Source of the DNA: Yuukianura sp. NJ FZ-2021
Taxonomy: Eukaryota
Direction: 5' to 3'
Length of the DNA: 64,000 bases
Assembly (NCBI GenBank): GCA_046563655.1
Contig: CM102287.1
Coordinates: 3,100,001 to 3,164,000 of the forward strand
Shown: positions 50,533-61,474 of the stretch, in pieces
Layout of the letters: each line of letters opens with the position of its first letter
Numbering within the stretch: the stretch's first letter is position 1
Notes under the pieces: generated by a model
Told to the model about the DNA's origin: nothing
The model's input: the letters and a program-made list of their open reading frames with translations, nothing else
Databases searched by the model: none
Position numbers and translations under genes: made by a program

Positions 50533-53500
50533 ATGGCAGATTCCGTCAAGATCGAAGTTCATCGTCGAATGGACAGCGAGGACAACGGAAGTGACGGTGG
50601 GCTGGACTACTACGAACCATTTGAAGACGACCAGGAAGGTCACGGTTCATCTGAACTCGAGTCCGAACCGGAACCGGAACAGGGTGACGGTACAGTTGCA
50701 GAAGAAGATGTTGAGCAGCGACAGTTGTCATATCCACCCATACCGGTTTACAAGTCGCCCATGCCGTCACCAGCTAAAGATCGAATTGGTTTGCTAACCC
50801 CGACCGAAGAACTGTCCGAAGGTGAACAGAGTGTTGTTGCATCAGCTAGGAGACACAGTTTGCGACAACGTTCCGGAATCGAAATCGCTGACACATCAGA
50901 GCTAGTATCGGACGAGCAGGTCAGGAGGTCAAGATCGTCAGAACTGCCAGCTCGAAGAGTTTCGTTCAACCCAGCTGATCCTCATCCTTTCGAGGCAGTA
51001 CGTTCTATACCGCGAAATTCGCCGGACTTGCTGGAGGAAGATGATGCGGAGCAGGCTGACCTTGACATTCTTGACCTAAATGAAGACATGGAAGACTTGA
51101 TATCGCTGCAATCCAGACAAGAACTGGTGCTAAATTGGCAGGAGAAGCATCTCCAGCATCATTTGTCGCACGAAGACCTGTCTGACATCCTCCAATCATC
51201 AGCTGAGGTAAGCCAACACTCTCAGCTGTTTACATTAGGTTAGGATTAGCACAATTCTTGACCTTGACCTTTCAAAATTTCAATTCTTGAACAACTATTT
51301 TCGAGAATTTGAAGGTTAAGCGGAAAAAGCTGTCGCCATTATCATTAATCAATGAAAATCCGAACAAAGATTATGAAAACCGGTTCATATCAGGAGCTTC
51401 CGGTTATGAACGGTGACATTTCGGCCCACCAATTTCCGCTTTTTTGTCCGAAAAGTGAAGAAAACGTTATGCTAACGTTAATTTTAGTATTTTGGCTAAC
51501 GAAAAGTAATGGTGATGATTTTTGAACAAGATTTCATGCGAAATATTGTGCAAAGCTTTTACGACGGGAGTAAATGAAAAGTTAATGGACAAATGGCATG
51601 TTCTGTAACTATTCTCCACTTTCTTTTGTTCTCCTTGCACACTTTCTTTTGTCTACTCAAGAAATCTGCAAGTTTGCAAAAAATTTTGCAAACTTGGACT
51701 TGCAAAAAACTGCTCATGTCGTTGTGCAAAGAAAGAACAATGGGAATCAGCACAGCAGGTGGAATTTACTTATGACATTGATTTTTGTTGCAATGTTTTT
51801 CAAAAAAGAAAGAAAAGATGAAGGAATTGGGCTATTTTTTACGGTTTTCTCCAAACTTTGGAAAAAATAAAGAATTTCGCAATTTGCAAACGTGACATCT
51901 TGACGTTGACATAATAAAGTTGACAAACCGTCGTCGCGAAAAGCTCTACATTCAACTTGTTTTGTTTTTCCGTGCGAAAAAAAAATGACGAAAATACTGC
52001 GCTGTGAGTTGAAAAGACTGCTGGATACAACTGTGTAAGTTTTTATTGTCTTTCTTTAAATATTTGTTAAAAAATTAAATATGAACTGTTTTTTTTTCTC
52101 GCCAATTTCGGAAATGAAATGGAAAAATCAATCGTGTTAAAAGTTTCACGTTATAAACGCCAACTTTGATTGGCAAAAGAGAAAGTGCTAAGAGATATCG
52201 TTTTTACGTCAGCATTCTTCAACGTTATTGTAATTGACGTTAGAGACGGGAGCGGGAGTAATAGCGAAAGTTTTTAATGCATTGTTTCCATTGCGTCGCA
52301 AGCGTCGTACTAAAAATTTCGAGTTTTAATCGTGCTTGTCACGTCGTCGTCGCGTCGTCATCGTCCCAATTTCAAGATTTGCGTACATAACTTAGTGTTC
52401 CCATGGTAACTTAGTGATTTAGTTATGCGTTAACATAGCGTTGATTAGTTATTTATCGAAATTCGAAATTCTACAAGCAAAAAGGAATTTCGATTTCGAA
52501 TTTTCCCACTCACGCGAAAATGTGATTCAAACTTTACGCGGCAAAGTCACTATCCACTCCTTTTCTTTGTCTTTTGTTGAATAATCGCTTTAATTCTTCC
52601 TATCACCTCTTCGTAAACGTGAAATTTTAGTAGATTAACTAGAAAAATCGCGTAATACGTGAAATTTTTCCACCTATTTTTATGTAGTAACAGCGAAAGC
52701 GACGACATTTCGCCATAAAAGTAAATTTTAATCAAAGGAGTTTTGATGTCAAAGGACCTTGAGGATCCAGAAATCGATCTCTGAACGTAAGCACAAAGGC
52801 GCCAGTTGTTGCCCGACTGCTCCATTGTTCCTTCTACTGTAATTATTGAACCACTTTTAATTAAAAACGGCTCGATCCCGCCACGCCCTTGGTAGGGCTA
52901 CGAACTAAAACTAGTATTTCTTAGTTCCGTGGTGAATTTCTATGATCCAGCTATGAATTACTACAAAGGATCCATTTAGTCCGCTTAACGTAAAGTTGCA
53001 AAAATTGTTGCTGATTCGATTACTTTTCGTTTCAGATGGATCCATCGTCGATAATGAAGTCACTGAGGACTGTTGCGCCGTCGAACTTTGCTCCCGTGGT
53101 TCAGCAAATGACTGACTCCCTGTCGGCGTACCAGTCACATTTGACGATCCTCAACACAATTAGTTTATTCGGTGACAGACTACGAGAGCTACAACCGTTC
53201 GAATACAACCTTGACCTCTTGCCACTTCTCAAGAAGCTTTGTACCCTAGTTGGAGAGACCCGCTCAACATCAGCTGATCTCTCGGCTGCTGTTACGCTGA
53301 GTAAGCTTATCCGTGGAGCCGGTCCGGCTCTGGTCACAGCTGATCTACTGTACATCATCAATGGGTCTAACATGAAACGCAAACCAGCAGCCATGGACGG
53401 ATTGACCTTTGCCCTCCTCACCTTCCCCCGCGATGACTTTGACATTGAGAAGATTGCTGAAGCAGTAAGTCAGCTTGTTACATCATTTTTTGTTACAAAA

Positions 53501-56500
53501 GGTCCATATATTTCGCATATTTTCGAAATACCGGAATCAGGAGCTGTATTTTCAGTTTTTCGGTTCTCTCGAAACATTTTTGATTTTTCACGTTTTTTGT
53601 TTTTGTTTCAGTTTGTGTATTTTTGGAGTTTTTGCAAATTGAGTTCCGAGTGTCCTTTGGTCGACTTATTGACGAATTGATTAACTTGTTTTGTTCTTTT
53701 TCCGCAAGTCCAGAGACAAAAAGTGTTACTTGTCATGTGACAAGTCGACATGTCAAATAACATTTTTACCAATAACTAAAACTCAATAACAAAAGCGAAA
53801 CAGATATAACATTTGACCTTTGCAAAGCATGCTTGACCTTTGACCTTGGAAGTTTCCTTGACCTTTGATTTTGTCCTTAGGTGTCCCATTGCCTCTGGAA
53901 TCCGAAACGACGAATTCGTCAAGCAGCCTTGGAGTGCCTAGCTGTCGTGGCCCACGTTCTGGGTCCTGGAATTGCAATGCCTTTTTTACGAGAATTAATT
54001 GAACAAAATAGGTAAACTAATACCAATAACTAATTGAATAAAATCCGTAATTGAGAACCTCAACTAATTTAATTGTGTTGTTGCAATTTTTTGTAGACCG
54101 ATGGATACTTCTGAGAATCCGAGCAGTGCTGTATCAGCCAGAGTATCGCGTCGACTCCTTCCGTCGGCATCTCCTATGGGTTTAATTGAATATGGACTGC
54201 CGCTTCCGTCAAAACAATTTTCAAAACAGAGTTTAGAACAACTGGAAACAGGAGGACTGGATCCGATTTTGTCCAAGTCGGACTATGGTCCAGACATCCT
54301 CTGGATTCTACATGGAGCAGATCAGTCCAAAATGAATTCTGCAAGGTACAACTTGACCTTTGACCTCTAAATTAATTCAACACAGCACTAAATTCTAAAT
54401 TCTCTTTTACTTTCAGATCAAGTCTCACTAGTCGAGATGGACCGAAGTCTTCTAAATCCAGTTCTGCAGTAAGCCGCTTTTTTTTTTAAATAAGAGAACA
54501 AATTTTTGGCGATTTTTTTTTTTTGATACCCGGCAGATTTAGTTAATTTTTTTTGAAAAATGGCAGAAACGGCTCATTCGATTTCTTTAAGAGTGTCAGA
54601 ACTGGCTATTTTTTTTTTTTTTTTTTGGAAAAGTGGCAGGATTGGCACATTATTTTTAGAAGTGGCAGAAAAAGTTTGAAAATGGTGGAAATTGGGTCAA
54701 TTTGAGGGCGGAACATTTCTCCCGGCGGAGAGTTTGACCTGAGCCTGACCTGGATTTTTGATAAGCCATTTTTGAAGAGTTTGAACATGCAAAGGAGGGA
54801 GAAAGTGGCTCAAATACTCCCTCTTTTCTTTCAGTTTCTCCACTTTTGAAAACAACTTTCCCTTGTTCAAATAGAACAACACTTGACATTTCCACTTCCA
54901 TTTCTCTCATTCTGTTTATAAGCAATAGTTTCCACTTTAACCTAATTCATGAAACACTTTCTCTTCTGTCAATAACAACGCGTGACTAGGGAATGCAAGT
55001 CCGGTCCACTTTTTTAAAGTCCGGACTTCGAACCTCGACGGACTTGAGTCCAAAAAGTCCGGACGCGTCCGGACTCGAACTCAATTTTCAAAGAATCCGA
55101 TTAATCAACTTATTTGTACGCCCGCCAGCAGTAATTAGAAGTCAGAAGGGTTTTTTAATACAGTTCAATTGTAAGCTAAAATATGTTAACAATCATGTAG
55201 CTGCAGGTAGGAGCGAAGAAACGATAAGTTGTCAAGACTTTCATCATTCAACTTAGACCTCACCTTACTGCATATGTACCCAGAAGATGAAAATACTCTT
55301 TCAGATTCGACGCTGGTTGGTGGTACCGACTTGAGGTAGCGATAGGCTAAGCTGAGATGTAAGCCTCGAACCGCTCCAGCTTTAAACATTGTCATTTCCT
55401 TTTTGATCGTCTGGAGTAAATTTGAATCAACTTGCGGTTTTTCTTTGTAAGCCGAATCTTCAACCGAACTGAGAACGCTGTTTAATTCGTTTTGAAGATC
55501 TGTCGGTCGCTGCTTCTTGGGAACAGGTTCCTCCAGAAGAATAATTTCAGGAGTTTCGTTTGCATTTTGAGTTTGGGGTACAACAGGAGAGCTACTACGA
55601 AGCCGCCTGAGAAGTTGCTCAATTTCTGTAGCAATTTTGGTTTTTGTAGGAGATTTAAACAAGTCTTCCAAATCGTTATCAAGCTTTCCGGAATGTAGAT
55701 ACTGCAGGATTCCAGATTGATCTGTTCTGCGTTGTGTGATCCGGTGTTTAAGTGCTTCGTACAGTTCTAGTGAGATTGGTGTGTTAGAGTCGTCGAGCTT
55801 TTCCAAACAAAAGTTTAAAGCTGCGTCAGCCGTTAGCAGCGTTGAATCTCTACGACAAAGTGTTTCGACAGTGACTTTTAGTGGTTGAAGAGCAGAAACC
55901 AAATCCTGTAGTCGGTCAAATTCCCAGCTTTCGAATACCGTAGTCGATTCCACATCAATTAGAGATTTCATGATCGACGTTTTTAAGAACGTAAACCTTT
56001 CAACCATGTCCAACAAACTGTTCCATCTAAATTTTACAAAAGAAGTCAGTTAATTTTGAAATGAAATGTATGAGACATATGCACACTGAGAATGTTCCCC
56101 AGTTGAACTAGCACTGTGTCTAAATTAATTTGAACCCAAAAAAATTTGAATTTTTTCTATATTTTATAACCTTGTTTTTGAGTCCAATATCAAAGATAGT
56201 TCCTTTTTCTGATCAGAAACCAAGTGACCCTTGAGGTTTTCGGATTTTAGTGGTGACCGTTTGTACATCTTCACTACTTTACGAACTTTGTCGATAAGTG
56301 GTTTGAAATGGACATGTTCCACTGACGCCTTAGTAAGAATTACAGAAGTTGCAAATCCAGAGTTTAATTCGTCCTCATCTTCACTGTCGTCTGAAGCTGA
56401 ATTTTCAATTAGAGCTGAATTTATGTTCCCGGTTTCATTCTCAACCTCGAGCACATTAGTCAACACTGAATTATTTTTTGGGTAGAGCACGTCGGTAACT

Positions 56501-59500
56501 GCGAGCTGAATTGCATGTGCAAAGCATTGCTGGTGAATGGTAGGAGACAGTTTTCCGGCGCAAGTCATGACTGAGGCTCCGTCACTTAGAACAGCTACAA
56601 CATCATTTTCTAGTGAAATTTCAAACTGCATAAGCCGTTCTTCCAAACGTTCAATTAGTTTTCGAGCTGTAAGTGAGCCTTTGATTGGAACTAATCCTAA
56701 GTTCCACAGATCTTCCCGGTTCTGATCACAAACAACTGTCACGTTTAAGTACCTTCGAGGTCGTGACGAAGTCCATTCATCTAGAATAACGGAGAACTTG
56801 GAACCGGACGACTTGAGCTTCAGTAGTTTCAATTTCTGTTCTTCCTTTACTGATTTGGCATAATTCATCACCATTTCGCGAATTGTATGAGGTGATTTGG
56901 GTAACGGGTCGTCCCTGCATGCAGTTGTAATCATCCGTCGTAAGTCAGTAGATGTACAAAATACCGCGAACGGAATCCCATCTTTTGCAGCCATCCGACC
57001 CACAATTCGCGAGATTCCGCCATATTTTTTTAGAAATTGGGTAATCCGCCGCTGCTCCGGAACTAGAATGAGATTCATTCCACTTATATTTCTCAATCTT
57101 ATGTTTTGTTCCAATTTACTTATTAATCGCTAACCTGTATCAGTTGATTTGTGCTCCTGTGCAGTTGATTCTAATTGTGATGGCGTAGCGACAACAATGT
57201 TATGAATCTGTTTCAAATGCCGATGTAAAGTAGAAGTGGACCCTCCATGATTTAGAACTTTGGTACACAATATGCATTTAGCCTGTCTTCCTGTGGTTGC
57301 CTCACGCAGAAAATGCTTCCAAAGTTGATTGTCGGGTTTAAAAGCTTCGAATCTGGTTCCCATTGTTTATACTTTTAACTTTAATTTTAATTTTCGAAAA
57401 GAATTGGGATTGGGACGTAGGTCATGCTGTCTCTAAACAACACGCTCGCCCATAGTAAGTTAAAGTACAAAGAATCTCTCACAAACAAGAATTTGAAAGT
57501 TGGGTTCCCACACTTTTTATTTTCACTATCTTGTCTCAAAGTCACAAGATCCTATTCGCATCATTTTTTAACCTTCAGTCCGGACTCCAGTTCTAATAAA
57601 GTCCGGTTTCGGACCCAAAACTCAGTGTAAAAAGTCCGGACCTGTTCGGACTTGAAGTCCGGACTTGCATTCCCTACGCGTGACTACTTTTTCAAAGTTT
57701 TTCATAAACAGGTTTTAGGCCAGAGTCATTTTTGAAAAAGTTTGGAGAAGCAATAATTTTGAATGCAAGGTCGCTCATTTTTAGAAAAACCGAAGAAACA
57801 AATTTCAAATTCCCGAGTTTTTACGTTTTCGGGTTAATTTTCCGGAAATTATTTCTTCAGGTCATTGCACTGTACGCGAAAAAACTTCTTTTCAAAAGAT
57901 AAAATCTGTATCCATTTTTCGAAAAACGGGATAATTTTTGTCACACTTTTCGAAAAAGTGTTTTGGGACTTTGGGGGAGCGAGAGATCGATTTTGTTATA
58001 AAAACTAGAAATTGTTAGAATTGCATGGAAAATTTCCGGTCATTCATCTTTTTTTGTAAGAATCAATACGAGAGACGAGGATTTTTTGGCAATTACTACA
58101 AAAAAAAAATGTGGAAATGTTAAATTGATTGGCAAAATGTGAAAATTTGATAAGTCCATCTCTCGTTTTTCGTCTTTTTTTTTAATTCTTAAAAATTGGA
58201 GTTTTTAGTTTAATTTAAAGTGAAAGACGAAAGTTCGTACCCACAAACTTTGTTTTGAATTTTCCAGGTTCGTGTGGGACGAGTTGAAATTCAGGAACAA
58301 CATGGAGAAAGTAAAAACAAAATTTTTTAAATAATTCAGTTTTTTTATGACCTTTCGTTTTCAAAAAGTCAGTCGTCATAACTTTTGTTTGTTTAGTTTT
58401 TAATTACCAGTTACTTCTTTAAACTGCATGTTATGTTCTTACGACCACTTACTTATGTACGATGTTTCATGTGCTTTGAAAAACTTTTCAAAACAAGTCT
58501 TTTGACATTGCCTTTTCTAAAAATTTGTTCTAAAATGTATACCACTTTGGTAGTTTTGAGACAGAAGCATCGTGAGTGCTTGGCATTCGTGGAGGAAGAA
58601 ACAATGAAAGAAAAAGTGGAATTCCGGGACGATTTGGGAGAAACATACGACGACGATTTGAATTCGAACAGCATCGCCGTGAAAACGACACCGCGGGACC
58701 GTGACTCCGGAGTCAGCAGTCTCAAAAGTGTTAGAGTGAGTTATTAAAAACAAATTTTTCAAAAAAAGTACACATTTTTATCAAAAATCAAAAACTTTGT
58801 TGTGCCTTCTAGATTGCGTCACCAACTGAAAGCATTTCCTCTTCCAAGAGTCTTGTGCCGGATGAGGGCGGGCCAGCAGGCGGGCCGTTTTCGTCTCCAC
58901 CGTCGACGGGCCAAAGTGACGACCTCGACGACCCCTTCGTCATTCGACGGCCCGTCATGGCCCGCTCCTCTCGTCCGTCTATCACTTCTCTAACGAGTCA
59001 AACAGGCAGAGTGCAACACAGCCCGCCGTTGACACCGCGGAGGTCAGAAAGTCCACCGTTGACACCGCGGAGAGCAGACAGTCTGCCGCTGACACCGCGG
59101 AGGACTGGGGACGAAGAAAACCGCGGCGGTGGGGATGAAGCTCACGTGATGAGCCCAATGACGGAACAAGCTCATTGGCTCAAGAAATCCTGCCCCACCA
59201 AAATCCCACCGAGGAAGTCCAAGTCGAAGCCACGCGATGGTGGGGCCACGGGACGATTGGTCCCGCCTCTAAAAAGTCCCCATGACTCTCTTCCGCCGAA
59301 AACATCAAGATCGAACGATTCACCTAAACATTTGTTGGCACAGGCGCTTACGCAGCTCAACTCTCCAGAATGGTAATTTCATAAAAAAAAATTTCAAAAT
59401 TTTGACTTTTAATTTTGAAACTTTTTTTTTGTTAACGTTAGGGAAGTTACTGTAGATGGATTTGGAATGTTGACGCGACTGCTGCGAACGCATCCAGAAT

Positions 59501-60333
59501 TTTTGCGATCAGAACTTCCCACGGTAAATCGAGCAGCGTTGCTGCATTTGTCAAATTTGAGGTCACAGGTCACTCGAGCTGCTTGTCACTTTTTTGAAGA
59601 CTTGTTTGTTACTTACGGAAAATCTATGGAACAGGTATCCAATCTACAAAATTTTGATTTTGAACTTTTTTAAAATTTAAAATTTTTGAAAAATTTAGGA
59701 CTGTGAGAAAATCGCTGAGAAGTTGTTAGACAAAACAGCAGATACGAATAAATTCATCCGTGAAGCGAGCACTTCAGCACTGGAGTCCATGGCCATGCAC
59801 CTTCCACCTCCAAAGACAATTATTTGCCTAGAGAATTATGGATCCCGGTAAGGTCAAGGTCAAACTTTTTGAGGTCAAAGGTCAACATTTTTTGAAATTT
59901 TTAGACATCGGAACACAATTGTTCGATCCACGACGGCTCACGTGACGCGACTCCTTGTTCAGCAGTTGGGAGCAGAAAAGATACTAAATCACAATACGAA
60001 TGCGCAGAAGGTGCTACCGATGCTAGTCAAGTTCCTACAAGAAGGCAGTTTGGAAACGAGGTACGAACAAACAACATTTTTCAAAAAACGTTTTTTAAAC
60101 GTTTTTGTTTCAATTTTTTAGAACACATGCAAAACACGGGCTGGCTTGTCTCGTCGTCCACGGCAGTTTTGAATCGGCTTTGAAGCGCTACATTCCGTCC
60201 AGCACGTTAAAACAAGTTGAAAAATCCATCAGCTCTATTAAGCATGACGTGAGTTAAAATATTTAAATCTGTAATTAAAACATTAATTTATATTTACTTT
60301 AATTTGATTTTGAAGGTAATTCGAAAGGGTTGA
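50533..60333 (+). CDS. TOG array regulator of axonemal microtubules (TOGARAM/FAM179/crescerin-like); exons 50533-51207, 53036-53464, 53881-54011, 54097-54345, 54417-54468, 58268-58310, 58554-58735, 58813-59372, 59442-59634, 59699-59847, 59905-60060, 60122-60248, 60316-60333 (or unspliced stop at 60257)
   Basis: FALLTFPRDDFD, PKRRIRQAALECLAV, AVSARVSRRLLP..GLIEYG, NLRSQVTRAAC and KTADTNKFIRE are HEAT/TOG motifs of this family. Exons are phase-compatible; linkage of exon 1 is inferred. Confidence 0.82.
54987..57676 (-). mobile_element. hAT-superfamily DNA transposon, 2690 bp, 18-bp perfect TIR, 8-bp TSD CGCGTGAC, in a TOGARAM intron
   Basis: TAGGGAATGCAAGTCCGG...CCGGACTTGCATTCCCTA; TSD at 54979-54986 and 57677-57684; subterminal AGTCCGGAC repeats at both ends. 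Confidence 0.96.
55186..57363 (-). CDS. hAT transposase, 653 aa; exons 57363-57135, 57062-56171, 56026-55186
   Basis: BED finger (LWKHF..AKCILC..STSTLHRHLKQIH), ILDEWTS, SDGAS, CFAHAIQLAV, TRWNS formed across intron 2, and PPTSVESERVFS; 1962 nt with no stops. Confidence 0.93.
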
Positions 60334-61474
60334 AAAGCTGACGAAGAGAGAAAAGCGGATTTAGGTGAAACGGAGGAAAACTCGGGCTTTTTTAGATCCT
60401 GGGTGCTAATTGTGACTTACATTTAACTCTAATGATGTTTATCATTAAAGAAATGTCAAATCCTACACTTCAAGTCTTAATTAGCTTGAATAAATCTTAC
60501 AATTAAAAAGCCGTTGGAGCGGATTTGAGAGAAAAGAGATACAAAGAGAGAGAGAAAAAAAACCCAAATCTAACCCTGCTGATGGCAATTTAACAGTACA
60601 TTCTCGGTGCTTATTTACTTATAAGCTTACTTATTGTATAAATTATTAAATACTTATATAAATTAATAAAAACATAATAAAATACTTTATGGAATACTAA
60701 AAAGTACAGTACAGTACACTTTTCTGTTTGGAAAGTAGTGCGTTACTTTCTTTTCCGGTGAAAGACGCAGCAAGTTGCTTTCTCGGAGAGTGAAAAGTTA
60801 ACGGGACTTTGGATTTGAATTTCGCGCCTTTTTTGGCTCCTGACTTTTTTGAAAACTGTCAATTTTGCGGATCTCTCTATACATTTTTTTGTTTTGCGTG
60901 AGTTGAGTGTAGGAGTTCCGCCCTTTTCCCTTGTAACTCTACTAAAGATTACAAGTAAAGTAGGTGGAGAGTGATTTTAATTCGATTAAGTACTAATTAA
61001 CACTAAATTAACTAATTTACAACTCATAGTGTGCGTCAAAACTAAGCCAGGTAAGTTACTGTTCACTCAGCTGATTCTGGTTGAAGCTAAAGTGCTTTTA
61101 CTTCTAACTCCCCTCGTTGATTAATGAAACTTTAATCTTAAGCAAGTAATTAGTGATTCTTGATTGATTCAACTTGACCTGTAACGTTAGAGACTAAATA
61201 CCTTCCGGGTTTTTAGCGATTTTCATGTTAGACGTAAAGGCTAAGCATTGCCACGCCCACGTATTGACAGAGAGGGCGTTTTATATCGCCGGGCCTCTAA
61301 TACTAGCAACAGTTTGACAGTTATCTGACCATGGTGGAAAGTAATCGATTAATGATAATCAAAATCACAAGGACAGTGTGTTTAATTACGAAACGAGGCT
61401 ACATAGTTTAGTGGTTTTGTGGTACGGAGTAAATTAATAAGTTTGTTGTGAATTTCAGGTCAGAAAGGGACAAA

